64,000 nucleotides of DNA from Vicugna vicugna (taxonomy: Eukaryota). The first letter of the stretch is position 1, and every line of letters starts with the position of its first letter. Under the pieces are notes generated by a model. That model was not told where the DNA came from, ran no database searches, and was given only the letters and a program-made list of their open reading frames with translations. The position numbers and the translations under genes were made by a program. The stretch covers positions 1,054,001-1,118,000 of the forward strand of contig MU058059.1 of assembly GCA_013265495.1 (NCBI GenBank), written 5' to 3'. Shown here piece by piece: positions 51,311 to 64,000 of this stretch.

Positions 51311-53269
51311 AAGAATGACAGTGCTGTCATCACTGCCACCATCCTCCTCCTCCTGAAGCCACGTGTATTGAATAACAGTGGAAGTTTTAAAACACTGTGG
51401 ATGTGAAGCCTGTCATTTTTCTTTCTTTTACAGTCAGATACTCCCATACTCCTGGCCAGCTTTTCCCCTAAGTGAAGTCCTGCTACAGTACTTAAAACCA
51501 CTGAATCTTCTGTGATTCCTCCGAAACTTGTTAGGTTCAGCTTGGCATGAACTAGCCCCAGAATAATTATCCTTTTTTTTTTTTTTTTGGAAAAAAGGAC
51601 CTCTGCGTTATAATAAAAATTTAACCAAGTTGCTGAGAGCAGAAAGTTCTGGAGGAAGCTCTGCCCTTTGCACCAAAATATCAAACAGCCGTGACTGATC
51701 AATAAAACGTCCACATAACTGCAGATCATAAAGCCATTGTAAAGATTTAGGACTTGACGTTTCCCGGTTCTTGGCTTGGTTCACACCAGCCTGGGAAAAG
51801 AACACTCTTGATGCAGAAACTGTTAAGATTATGTTCTGATCTGGGGCAAAGCATGTGAATTTAGCAATACGTTGGAGTTAATTATCTGAAAAGTGAATTC
51901 TTTGCTACATTTTACAAAGCAAGAAGTTTTCAAACGACAAGATAAGACTGACTTATAGTTGGCAGGTGTTGACACCCATATCACCTTAAGCCAGTGCTGA
52001 TAATAATGGGGCTGAATATTAATCTGATTTCTACTTTTTTCTCTTTTAAAAGCAGAGCCTCGTTCTTCGCCCTGAAAAGCCATACTGTAGCTGATTAGCG
52101 ATGTTTGTCTTTACTAGGTGAGATTTAGTCAGGCTCCTGGGACTTGCCAGTCTCTGTCTCACCTAACCTTGGCTCTTTTAATCTTGTCAGTTATCTGGGT
52201 GGCAGGGCCCTTCCCTGGGGAGGGGCTGGTCCGGCACTTTGCCAGGCTCGAGATGCCAGGAGAAGGATTTGATAGAGGTAAAGCTCAGGGATCTCTAGGA
52301 AGGGCTTCTTTGGAACTGTAGGGAACTCAGTTCTGAACCACTTCCCAAGCAGGTGCTGTATGAACGACACTTTAAAGGATAGGTTTTGCTCCAGAGATTT
52401 GCTCCATCATCAGATTTTAAGCAAGCCAGTTAGCGTGCTCTTTTTTCACATATAGTGGAGCTGTTAAAAAAAAAAAAAAGACTTACTTAAAAAATATAAT
52501 CCAGAATTTAAAATCTATAAAATCCAGTGTTTCAGCTTTTAAACCTGCACATTGCAAGGGTTCCTGACCTGAGTCACCCGAAGACCTATCAGGCTTGGCC
52601 AGACCTGCTTCCAGGTCACTTCCTCCAGGCGTCCACGTCTTCCGTTGCCACGTATTCCAAACCTCCACCTTCCCTTGGTCTGGGCGGTCAGGAGTCTCCT
52701 AAACGCTGGTTTTCTCTCCCTTTGCTGCTGGCACATTCTCCTCATACCATCCTTTGCTTAGTCCTTTTCAATGACCTTCTGTTCACCCCAGATACAATTT
52801 GAAAAAGCCTAAGGTCACCCAATCTGGGATTGCCGCCAACCCCGCCAGCCCCACCAGCAACTCTTATCTCCTCCCACCGCCTCTGGCCCTGAGGTGGCTG
52901 CAGTTTGAGATCCGAGACCGCAGGGAGCACTGGCCCACCTCCAGGCCTCCTGGGGTCTGCTTTACCCGCCCAGATCCCTCTTCTTCCTTCTCTTCTGCCT
53001 GCCGAGGATCGAGGATTGAAGATGCACCTTCTCTGGGAGGACGCACCTCTCCCCTTGCTCCTCTGATTTAAATTAGATTCCACATCACTTTCTGTGCAGG
53101 TCCCCCGGCTCTTATCACTCAGTAGGGACTGGCGGGCCTGCTTCTCAGACAGGGCAGTAAGTTGCGTGATGATAGAGACAGGATGGGCTTGTTTTCCTCT
53201 TCATCTGTGACTTCTGCACCTAGAAAGAAGCTGTCCTCTGTGCTTTCTCCACCAGCCCTGGAGCCAGAC

Positions 53270-53701
53270 TGATGCAAGAGCGTGGGGAGCAGGAGTAGTT
53301 ACAGTGAAAGGAGACACACACTCCACAGACAGAGCTCCGGCCGCCTTACTCGGGAGGGAGAGCAGTGGCCTCAGAGCATGGGGTTGGCTAGGGAAAAATG
53401 TGATCGCCCCGAGGTGTGGAGGTCGTCCGTTTTTATGGGCTCAGTAACTTCGCATGCTAACAAGTGGGAGGGTTATTCCAACTCCTTTAGAGAGGGGGCT
53501 GGGATTCCCAGGAATTAGGCCTTCACTCACCTTTTGACCTTTTATGTTCAACCTTGGAACTGTCATGGCACCATTTAGCAGCTATTGTATTACAGTGAGT
53601 GTATGTTGAAGCTCAAGGTCTACCGGGAGTTGAATCTTCCACCATCTTGGTCTCACTGCTGTGTTATTTTTTCAGTAGTAGCCCCCTTCCCTCCTGTCTC
53701 A
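53270..53701 (-). mobile_element. Solo ERV1-type LTR (same family as 48519) inserted in a MIR
   Basis: Reverse complement starts TGAGACAGGAGGGAAG like the 48519 copy. Perfect 4-bp TSD agac at 53266-53269 and 53702-53705; the flanks rejoin as MIR (ctggagccagactgcctggggtgaatcccagctctg). Confidence 0.88.
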
Positions 53702-54090
53702 AGACTGCCTGGGGTGAATCCCAGCTCTGTCCTTCTGACCTGGGGTAAGTGACCTAACATCTTTATTTGTCAACTTCCTAAGAAGCAAAAAGGGGCTATT
53801 GAAGTACCTCCTCTCTTGGATTTATCCTCAGCAGGGGACATGGGCAGGTCCTTTCTACACGGGAAAATCGTGAGGCTTCACTTCATTTATATGGCTATTT
53901 TATGTAAGTCCATTATTCATTAAAACATATTTATCATTTTGTGGTTCACAAAGTCTAGAAAGACCATTGTAACTCTAATGCTAATGTAGCTTGTTGTGTT
54001 TAGAATGACTTTTCTAACAATATGCTGATAGCTATGAATTGGATGTATAATTATTTACCTTAGAATTGAGCAAAATAATCTAGCATTTTT

Positions 54091-54230
54091 GCTGGTGTTG
54101 TTTGTTTTTATGAGGGGGAGGTAATTAGGCTTATTCATTGATGTCCTCTTGGAGGAAGTACTGGGGATTGAACCCGGGACCTCTTGGGTGCTGAGCACGC
54201 GCTCCACCACTTAAGCTATACTCTTCCCCC
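54091..54230 (-). mobile_element. tRNA-derived camelid-type SINE
   Basis: gggggaggtaattagg...gtactggggattgaacccgggacc...ccacttaagctatactc; partial TSD agcattttt. Confidence 0.88.
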
Positions 54231-55257
54231 ATGATTGAGCATTTTTAAAATGAAATTATCCCATAACCTGGAACAATTTTTTAAAAATTAAAAGCATACA
54301 TATGTGTGCATAGACCTCTCACTGGACCCTGAAGGAAAATATCCTCTGGTTTATATTGCTAATGGTTTCCAAATTCTCTCAAGACATGAGTTAGTTGCCT
54401 GCTTCCCTGAATTTTGAAAAGGCTTTTGTACATAAAATTATACCTTAATTTAGTGAGTCAAACCCATACCTATTTCGGTTAGAAGACTGGAGCATAATTA
54501 ATGTCCTGAGTTGTCGGCTGGTTTATCCTTGACTAAATTTAGATGCATAGAATCATTTTATACTAAGGGCCATTTTGTTTGCTGTTTGGTAAGTTCCATT
54601 TCTGATTTAAAATAAGCCTGCATATCTTTCCACACTTCCCACCTCCTATCCCCAGATCATCCCACTATCAAATTCGCTGTTTTTAAATTTCTGACAAGCT
54701 TGGTCTCCTATATATATTTTTTTTAAGGTAAAAAATTGACTCTTTACATACTGCTTGATAACCTGATCCTTTTCACTTAATAAGTATTGCGAACACCTGG
54801 CCACTCAGTAAGAACGCTTTTTATTTATAAAAACGGCCGCCCCAGTTCTTAGGTCGTGTTTCTCAAGGGCTCGTGTGCAAGAATACCGACTCTGCAATTC
54901 GCTACCTGGCTGTGAGTCCGAGCAGCGCAAACAGCTGCCCGAGTGCTGCAGTCAGACATAGACGCTGAGAACTACTCTCACAAAGTGTAAACAGCCCCCC
55001 AGTAAGGCAAGGACAGGCCAGGGTGCAAACGTCTGTCATTCACGGTTGCATGATTTCTACAGTTCTTACACGCGTGGTGATTAAAACAAGCTTCATGTTC
55101 AAAGTCCACATGGAGATCGGCTTTACTGCCCCAGCATGTAGTCCCGCCCGCTGGTTTCAGGTCGTGCCCAGTGCAGTTGGGCACAGACCCTCTGCCTAGT
55201 CCTGAAAATTGTCTTCATTTAGGCAGCTCGTAGCAAGTTTGGAGAGCTTGAGCCCCC

Positions 55258-55370
55258 TCATTTTTTATTGCGGGGTAATATACGTAACATAAAAGTTACC
55301 AACCTGACCATTTCTAAAGGGACCGTTTCAGTGGCAGTAAGTACCTTCACATTGTTGTGCAAACATTGCT
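55258..55370 (-). mobile_element. L1M 3' terminus
   Basis: ttttattgcggggtaatatacgtaacataaaagttacc...ttcacattgttgtgcaa. Confidence 0.75.
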
Positions 55371-55561
55371 TGATGCCTTTTGAGTTAAGCAGTGAGACTG
55401 ACTCTAAGGGTCTCAACTTGGTCCAGCAGTGATGGCTTCTCAGCCAACCGGACACACAGCTAACTGGAAATACCTGGAATTTCTGGGTGCTTGAAATGTT
55501 ATTCTGCATAAAGAGTTCCTAATGTTGTCTTGAATCACTGCTTAGAATAATTTGAATTTTT

Positions 55562-55819
55562 CAGCTACCCTTGAACAACACAGGCTTGAAGTGCGGGTCC
55601 ACTTATGTGTGGATTTTTTTCAGTAACTTTGAACTACTGCACTATACGATCTGTAGTTGACTGAATCTGGAGATGCGGAACTGGGGATACAGAGGAACCG
55701 CGCATATGGAGAAACTGCGGTTATGGAGGGAAAAGTGTAAAATTATATGATTTTCAACTTGGACGGGAGGCGGAGAGGGTTCGGCTCCCCCAGTCCCTGT
55801 GTTGTTCAAGAGTCAACTG
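55562..55819. mobile_element. Tigger2-like non-autonomous DNA transposon
   Basis: Terminal inverted repeats cagctacccttgaacaacac / gtgttgttcaagagtcaactg, followed by TA. Confidence 0.85.
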
Positions 55820-56619
55820 TACAGAACTGTGTGGAGAGCTGCTACTACTCGGTACATCCATCAGTACCAGCAGGTAGCTTCCTTAGAACTTGGCCCTTAA
55901 AAGTGGACCCTTTGTTCTTACCAACTTCCCAAAGCTCTGAAAGAATTAGCAGCAGTCATTGGTGCTACTTGTCCTCACTTTATCAGCTAATTGCAACCTT
56001 AGGTGCAAACTAAACCACCAAACATGGTATTGCCATTTGATGGTACAAAGACTCTAACCAGACTGCCTTTGCAAGACACGCAATGAGGCTGCCTTGAGCA
56101 GGAACCCAGTCACTGGTTCTAGGGGAGCAGGTGGGCTCTCTGTAAAGGCAGCATGTTTCCACAACTGTCGTTTGGAGGCAGGACGAGCCATGCCAGGCAG
56201 GCATAGCATTTGCCTCCGATTTCCTTTCTGTGCTTGTCACAGCGTGCAGACGGGCATTGCGGAATAGACCCACGTGCCTCAGAGCGCTTTCAGGGGCTCG
56301 AGCCCAACGTGGGTGGACATACATTTTCACTTGAATTTTTAAAATTTGACTTCTCCATTTAGATTCACTCACTTTTTGCTGAGTGTTTGCTCTGAATGGG
56401 TGTTCAAATCATTACGTGGACCACTGTACTTTTATTTTCATATTTTCGGTTTGTTACCGTAGGCGCAAGTGTGTCCCAGCCTGGTGTCCTCAGAGCATCT
56501 TTGGGACTCCTGGAGCTCATACGACTTTTCCTCCTGCGACTGTCACCAGGTTCACCACCCCAGCGACATAGTGCCTTCTTTCTGGATATTTCATGAGACA
56601 CCAATGTCAAATGAGCAAG

Positions 56620-57805
56620 TATTTCTTGAAACAGCAACTCACAGACTTTTGGTTTTACCATCTTTTTCCATTCTTAAAAAACTACTGGGGACCACGAAGA
56701 GCTTTTGCTTAGGTGGATTGTACCAACATTTATTGTATTAGAAAATTAAAATAAGAAATGTATTTATTTAATACCAGTTTTATTGAGAAAGAACGGACAT
56801 CCGTCACTAAGTTTAAAGTGCACAGCCTGATGGTTTGATTTACATACACTGAGAAGTGATCACCACAGTAAGTTCAGCTAGCACATCCACCTTCTCATAT
56901 AGATAAAAGAAAAGGGAAAAAATTTCCTCCTTGTAATGAGAGCTTTTAGGATTTATTCTCTTTCTAGCTTTCCTATATATTGTACAGCAGGTTTGGCTAC
57001 AGTAATCATGTTGTATGTTATATCCTTAATACTCATTCCTCTTATAATTGGACGTTTGTACCTTCGGACCCCTTTCCTCCAATTCTCCCTCCCCATCCTC
57101 TGACTCTGGTGACCACAAATCTGATCTCTTTTTCTATAATCTTGGATTTTGTTTGTTTGTGTGTTTGTTTGTTCTAGATTCCACAGATACATGAGAGTTA
57201 TTTGTCTTTCTCTGTCTGACTTATTTCACTTAGTGTAACTCCTTCAGGGTCCATCCATGTTGTCATAAGAGAGAGGATTTCCTCCTTTCTTATGGATGAA
57301 TAATATTCCATCGTATATATACTGTGTACATATATAAAACTTCTCTCTCCATTCACAACTTCTTTATCCTTCATCCACTGGTGGACACTTGGGTTGTTCC
57401 CATGCCGTGGCTGCCATGAGTGATGTCGCCGTGAACATGGGGTGCAGATATTTTTCTAGTTGTTGTTTTCACCTCCTTTGGATGGATTCTCAGAGGTGGA
57501 ACTGCTGAATCAGATGGTAGCTCTACTTATAATTTTTTTTTGAGGCTCCTGAATACTGGTTTTCATGATGGATGTACCAAATTACAAGTTAAAAAATAAT
57601 CAGAATACAAGATGTCAGATGGTACCATTTCACGCCACGGAGCCTCCAGAAATCTCAGCGTTCCCTTACAAGAGCATAAGGGTAAAGACAGCAGTAATGT
57701 CTTCGTTCTGCTGTGAAAGTGGTTTTCACTTAGCAGTCCCCTTGAAAGAGTCTCAGGGACTGCTCAGAGTTCCCGAGACCTTACTTGGAGAACGATTCTC
57801 CTAGA
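56620..57805 (-). mobile_element. Charlie1-like element split by an L1
   Basis: Flanks (56620-56765 and 57590-57805) resemble the reverse complement of the element at 26435-26945. Confidence 0.6.
56766..57590 (-). mobile_element. L1MA-like 3' fragment
   Basis: ccagttttattgag...ctgacttatttcacttag...ggacacttgggttgttcccatg...gtaccaaattaca. Confidence 0.9.
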
Positions 57806-58524
57806 ATAAATTTTTTTTCCTTTCCTTTTTTTTTTTAAAGCTCTTTATACTCTATAAAACATTGCTATTTCACAGAGTCCAAAGGACATATTTTAGGAAA
57901 AGATATTTGATAACATTCTTCTTAACTCGGGTTGTAGGTGGGAAAGGTGCTTGAAAAAGGGAGATGTTTTAAAAAACTGTTGAGATACTTTTCACATAGT
58001 TAGATGAAGTCTATTTTTTCCCACCTCCTACATCTCACAAAGTTAGTCTTCTGTCAGGACTAGAATCTTCAGTCATAGTTAAAGAACTCTAGTATAGAAA
58101 TAGCAGATAAAAATGCATATAAAACAAAACTCCTTATTTCTGCCATTGTGCTGAATTTCAATTAATGGGCTTTGTGGATATATGAGCCCTGTGCTTGAAA
58201 TGCAATCAAAATAAGGACCAAAAATGTCTTCCTTGGACACTCATTTCTGCAGGGAATGGGGGAGGGGTGCTGATGGCATTTCAGAAAAATGCCTTCTGAG
58301 CTGAGTGCTGCTGGAGATTCCAGGGAGAAGCCACAGGGAACCGGCAGGGGCTGAGCTGTGACAGGTACAAAACTCAAAGGGAAGGTGGTGGATTTAGGGT
58401 TAGAGGGGATGGGCTGGCATGGGGAGGGGGGTTCGTGGGCACAGATCTATTTTTATACGCATCAAGCAAGTGACAGTCAGTAACCACTCAACAATGCGGA
58501 CAAAACGTCGATAGCGAGGTGGAA

Positions 58525-58690
58525 AAGGTTGCATTCAGAGGTTAGCTTTTGACTGTCCTGACTTCTACTTGCTGGGTGGATCTGGACAGGTGACTTAATC
58601 CCTCTGGAAGTATTTTCTCCCCTGGACAACATTATTCTGGAACCTGCTTTGCCAGGTAGTTTTTGAAAAGGTGAGATAATCGTTTCTCCT
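58525..58690 (+). mobile_element. MIR fragment
   Basis: tcctgacttctacttgctgggtggatctggacaggtgacttaatccctctg...gtgagataat. Confidence 0.6.
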
Positions 58691-59709
58691 TAAGAGTTAC
58701 TTAACAGGTGCCAGCAAGGAAGATGGCCAGGAAATGAGAAGTCGCAGTGGTGAGGAGGGTAACGGTGATTGCCCACTCGGCACCGCTCCCCTCAGACCAC
58801 CGGAAATCGAGGTAAAGGGGAGCACCCGCGACCTCCCACCCGCCTTGGTCCCCTACTTGGCCTCGACCACCTGAGATCACCTCAATATTCTGCAGGCAGA
58901 GCCAAGCCCCGTGCTTCTCAGGCCGGAGTATGAACGTGGAGGGCGCACACTGCAGCAGCCTTTCCCAGACCAGCTCCACGGGGCCAGGGGAGTGGCTCCT
59001 TCCTGGCCAGACTCTGCTTCCCAAAATCATGGACAGAATCACAGTGTTGGCCTGTAGGCTTCTTTCACCAAAAGCATCTATCGCCTCAATTGAAAGTGAG
59101 GCAGGGCAACCCCCCCGGCATTTTACACCAAGGAATGTGGAAACCAGAGCTTGCTGAGTTTTATCTTCCCTGTCATATTATTGTTATGTCTAAGTTAGGG
59201 TGTAAATCCTTCAGATGAGTCACTCATGTCAATGACTAGACAGTTTCTCATTATTTATTAAGAATGGTGTGACTTTTTATTTCCAACCCTTCTTCCCTCC
59301 CTCTCTTTGAACCCCTTGGCGTATTTCACTCATGTGCTCCTTTCTCCATCCCTCCGATAATTAAAGGTGTAAAACATGACAGGGAGAGCAGAAAGAAAGG
59401 AGACATGTTGCAGGAGTTTTTAGTAACATAAGATGACAATTAAAGATGTGAAAACAACATTTAAGACAAAGGAAGAAAGCATATCTCTGTAATAGGACCC
59501 TCCACTCTTTCAACCGAGGTTATTATTCTAAGCAATGAACTGAAACTTTTATCAGAGAGAAGGCACGATCTTAAAACATGAGATTGTTCATTCGCTGTTG
59601 ATCAGGGTGCATGGTCACCTTCCGTTTTGCTGGGTGCCTCAGGAAATGCCACCTGACCTGCAAGTAATCCAGGGACATCTACACAGGGTTCAAAGAGAGG
59701 CAGGGAAGA

Positions 59710-60603
59710 GATATGTGTTGGCACATTAAGATGTGGAGAAAAGGGAACCCTCATATGCTGTTGGTGGGAATGTAAATTGGTGCAGCAACTATGGAAAACA
59801 GTGTGGAGATCCCTCAAAAAATTGAAAATAGAACTACCAAATGATCCAGCAGTCCCACTTCTGGATATAATATGAAGGGAATGAAGTCAGTATCCGGAAG
59901 AGATATCTCCACCTCGTTGTTCATTGCAACATTACTCTCAAAAGCCAAGACATGGAGACAACCTAGGAGTCCATCAAGGGGTGAGTAGATAAGAAGATGT
60001 GGTATATACACAATGGAATATTATTCAGTCATGAGAAAGAAGGAAAGAAATCCTGTCATTTGCAACAAGTTGGGTGAAACTTGAGGGCATTAGGCTAAGC
60101 AAAATAAGTCAGATAGAGAAAGACAAACAGTCTATAATCTCACTTATATATGAAATCTAAAAAGCCAAACTCAGAGAAACAGAGTAGAACAGTGGTTACC
60201 AGGGGCTTCAGGGGGCAGGAAAGGGGGAGATATTTGTCAAAAGGTACAAACTGTCACTTATAAGATTAGTAAGTTCCAAACTGAAAAAGGAAAAGGAAAA
60301 TAAAATAAATCACAAAGTTTAAAAAAAATTAACAAGTTCTGGGCATCTAATATACAGCATGCTGATTATAGCGAACTATAGTATGTGATATTCCTGAATG
60401 TTGCTAAGAGAGGAGGTCTTAAATGTTCCCACCACAAAAAAAGACATAGCAGTTAGGTGGCAGGATGGAAGTGCTAGCTAATGCCAAGGCAGATATCATT
60501 TTGCAATTTGTAAAAGTATCAAATCAACACATTGTACACCTTAAACTTATACCCTGTTATGTGTCAGTTGTATCTCAGTAGAGATGTAAGAAAAAAATAA
60601 AAG
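59710..60603 (+). mobile_element. L1MA-like ORF2 end and 3'UTR
   Basis: gatgtggagaaaagggaaccctc...atgatccagcagtcccacttctgg...cattgtacaccttaaactta; 16-bp TSD agagagg(c/t)agggaaga. Confidence 0.92.
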
Positions 60604-61859
60604 AGAGAGGTAGGGAAGATGGGAAGGAGATGAAAAAGTCACACCATTCTCAATTTGCCAAGACTTGGTGAAATATTTTATTCTCTTTTTGGCTGTAAGT
60701 CAGACTGTTCTTTTGGAAATGCCCAGTTTCACAGGAACTGGCTGAGTGACACTGGACACATGAATTGCCTTTAAAGTTCGACCAACTTAAATCGCTACCA
60801 TCTTGTTTGATGCAATGACCAGAAGCTATGATCCAGTGATAACCAGCAGCCTTGAAAGCTTAGCACGTCAGCTGAGTGCAGTGGCCAGTGGCCAGCAATG
60901 AACTTGATCTATAAAGAACTGAGTGCCAACTCTGTGATATTCCATTTTAGCCACTGAAAACAGTTGTTCGCCATAAGAACATGCAATAGATTTTTTTTTA
61001 AGAAGGTAAAGGAGGGACACAAGACAAACTGGACAAGGAGAGCTGGAAGCATCAGATGAAGAGGTCACATGGGTGGTTGGAGCCTGGGGTCTGCTCAGTT
61101 GATGGGGAACATTGCACCCGTGGGCCTGTCAGGATGATGTTACGAGGTAAAGGGAGACAAGACCAGAACCTCCAGCTTTTTAAATTTCTCTTTTGCAGTG
61201 GTTTGAAATGCACATTTACAGTGTCCATACGTGTAGTTAAAAAATGTGTGTGCACAAATGGTTTACTGAGGGCGACGTTGTTCAATAAACTTGACAGACC
61301 CCTGCACCATCAGCGAGCCCTGAAGGAGGGGGCAGGGGGAGGAGGTCCATGTGAGCTCAAGAGGTGAGGAGGGGTGGAATTTGAATGTGCAGAAGAGAGA
61401 GAGGAGGGTATTCCAGTCCAGAAGATGACTCCAGCTGAAGGATGGAGCCACTTGGCCATCGAATGTTCCTGAGACCAAGAGTAGACTGACCGGTCTAGCG
61501 AGGAGGGAATGTATCTGAGAGGAGAGGGGATAACAGGCCAGGGTTGGTAGCCAGAGAGCTTGGGTAGTGCATCCAAACCATGGCTGGAGGTGGGACTTGG
61601 CATGCGGAGGATGTAAAGAAAAGAGAGGTTTGAAATTTAGGAGTTTCTGAACTGGGCTCCGACAGGTTGAAAGTCATGACTAAGGAAAACTCACCTGCCG
61701 GCAGAATGAAGCCGGGGTGGGAGGGGACGCACCAAGTAGGGACTGTCACAAGAAAAAAGGGACACAAAGTGGAAGCAGATGGTATTCAAGTTCTGTCCTC
61801 CAGTTCATTGTCCAGGAAAACCCACCCAACAGAGAACGGTTAACACTGAGCCAGCCCAG

Positions 61860-62060
61860 ACTCCGAGTCAGAAAGACCCGGTTTGAAATTCAACCTTTGC
61901 TGCTTCCTCCAGTGGTACAATCATAGGCGAGACACTTTAACCTCTTAAAGCTGTTAACTCATCTGTAAAATGGGGATAACATTGCTTACCTTGTGGGGTA
62001 ACGTCAGGACTTACTGGGTTGGGACACTTGAAGCCCTTTCAACATGGTTAGTGCTCAGTT
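61860..62060 (+). mobile_element. MIR
   Basis: gagtcagaaagacccggtttgaa...ctcatctgtaaaatggggataacattgcttacc. Confidence 0.75.
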
Positions 62061-62355
62061 TTTTGGAAACCTTTAGTAAAAATTGATTTCAATGAAAACA
62101 GCAATAAAATATAAATATTAATTGGATTCGATGCTCTTTGAAAATAAACATTGAAGAAAAACGTATAGATTATAATTTTTTATTGATTGACTTTTCTGTT
62201 TCTTTGATTTATTTGTAAACCATTCCACTGTGCCTTTAAAAGTCAACCTTCAATTTTCATTCATGGCTTCTTGTTTATGAATCCCCCCCCCCTCTTCCTC
62301 CAGGGGTGGGTTCCTATGGCATGAATGGTAATTGCACTCATACTTAATCAGGTTC

Positions 62356-63089
62356 TAGACCTTCAGCAGGGCTTATTAAAACACAGATTGCTGGGTCTCA
62401 CCCAGAGTTTCCGATAAGATCCCAGGCGGTGTCAATATTGCAGGTCTGGGTCGGTCTTTGAGAACCGCTGCTCCAGAAAGGAGTCCCCGGGTTTTCCTCC
62501 CAGGTGTGTAGGTTTGGATTCTGGGCTCTGCAGTTAACTCCCTCATGCCATCAGCTGAAGAAAATTGAGTGGTGATAGTGTTTCAGGGCGGAGGGAGAGC
62601 TGGTGAATTGTTTTTATTTCGCAGGGTTGAAATTTGTGGAAAATCCTTTTGGGTTTATATAATATATATCGTATTTTACAGTTATGTTTTTCACACTGAA
62701 TTTTTTTTACTGTATCTTTTTATAGACCTTCAGCAGGGCTTATTAAAACACAGATTGCTGGGTCTCACCCAGAGTTTCCGATAAAATCCCAGGCGGTGTC
62801 GATATTGCAGGTCTGGGTCGGTCTTTGAGAACCGCTGCTCCAGAGAGGAGTCCCCGGGTTTTCCTCCCAGGTGTGTAGTTTTGGATTCTGGGCTCTGCAG
62901 TTAACTCCTTCATGCCATCAGCTGAAGAAAATTGAGTGGTGATAGTGTTTCAGGGCGGAGGGAGAGCTGGTGTATTGTTTTTATTTCGCAGCGTTGAAAT
63001 TTGTGGAAAATCCTTTTGGGTTTATATAATATATATCGTATTTTACAGTTATGTTTTTCACACTGAATTTTTTTTACTGTATCTTTTTA
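62356..63089 (+). repeat. Direct tandem duplication, 2 x 367 bp
   Basis: Copies at 62356-62722 and 62723-63089. I counted 7 substitutions by eye (~98% identity). Each copy begins with a MER5A-like fragment. Confidence 0.95.
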
Positions 63090-63524
63090 TGCAGTAAGTA
63101 TTGCAATAGAATCCTGAAAATAGATTCTGGAATGAGGTGAATGCAATAAAAAAAAATCGCTGAATCTCTAAAAAAAAAAGCTTTGTTGCTGTTTCTTATA
63201 TGTGGAAAGCAGAGAAAACAGAAAGTCATGTTGACTTTTTTTTCCTCCACATGAGAGAGAGAAACAAAGCTTTGTTTTCCCATCAGAGAGTAATGTTAGA
63301 GTTCTTCTTTGGTCACGTGGGAAGTTAAGAGGCCCCCCGTCCCTCTCTTCCTGTGTCCTTTGGTTTGGGAGCCTGGATGTTTCTATGTAATGAAGTTTAA
63401 TTACAATGGCTTCCTCAGCACTGACTCCAGCTCATACACTTGGGTCCAACATGGAATGTGCTCTGATATGGAGATTTTGTTTGCAAATCAAAGCTTATGC
63501 TAATGGATATAATCTTCAAAGATT

Positions 63525-63811
63525 TTTAAAAATTTTAAATTGGGATAAAATAAGCGTAATGGGAAACTTACCAACTTTTAACCATTTTTAAGTGTATAGT
63601 TCAGTCATGTTAAGCATATTCATCTTGTTATGCACCCAATCTCCAGAACTTCTGCATTTTTCCCTACTGAAAATCTGTACCTGTTAAATGACAGTTTTCC
63701 ATTCCTCCTTCCCCACCCCCTCCACTGCCTGCCCCTGGCAACCTATGTTCTCCTTTCTGATTCTATCAATTTGTTGCTCAAGATATCTCACATAAGTGGA
63801 ATCTTACAGTA

Positions 63812-63852
<41 letters not shown>

Positions 63853-64000
63853 CTGGCTTCTTGCACTTGGCACAATGTCTCCCAGATACGTCCATGTTGT
63901 GGCATATCTCAGAATTCCCTTCCTTTTGAAGGCTGAGTAATGTTTCACTGTATGTACAAACCACATTTTGTTTATCCATTTATCTGTCAATGGACTTTTG
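63525..64000 (-). mobile_element. L1M 3' region with (TG)n at 63814-63849; runs off the window end
   Basis: ttaaccatttttaagtgtatagttcag...cccctggcaacc...gctgagtaatgtttcactgtatg...ccacattttgtttatccatttatc. Confidence 0.9.

Noticed and set aside
48519..53701. Possible provirus between two LTRs
   Set aside because: The LTRs are inverted with different TSDs, and no gag/pol/env sequence is recognisable between them.
1..64000. CRISPR arrays, operons or other prokaryotic systems
   Set aside because: The sequence is mammalian; no repeat-spacer array or dense coding is present.

Overview
Mammalian genomic DNA, most likely a camelid, judged from the tRNA-derived SINE copies with an 'aataaacctaatt-cctccc' tail and artiodactyl-type L1 3' ends. 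I found no intact protein-coding gene; the ORF track is mostly chance ORFs, repeat remnants and GC-rich island ORFs. The window centres on a CpG island (~41.3-44.2 kb) that looks like a bidirectional promoter. A minus-strand first exon ends at a consensus CAG|GTGAGT donor (43242) and is followed by >40 kb of intron with several candidate short exons, the best at 1147-1312. A divergent plus-strand exon ends at GAG|GTAAGT (43977). I could not identify the host gene. The rest is L1, L2, MIR, SINE, LTR and DNA-transposon remnants, several nested. The most notable items are a degenerate TMOD3 copy that seems limited to one exon (15658-15856), a 133-bp retrocopied mRNA 3' end with a 17-bp TSD (47560-47692), a 367-bp ~98%-identical tandem duplication (62356-63089), an inverted pair of same-family solo LTRs, and a flip in L1 orientation across the island. 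I see no convincing new biological system. Repeat family names are from recognition, not a database search, and most repeat boundaries are approximate.
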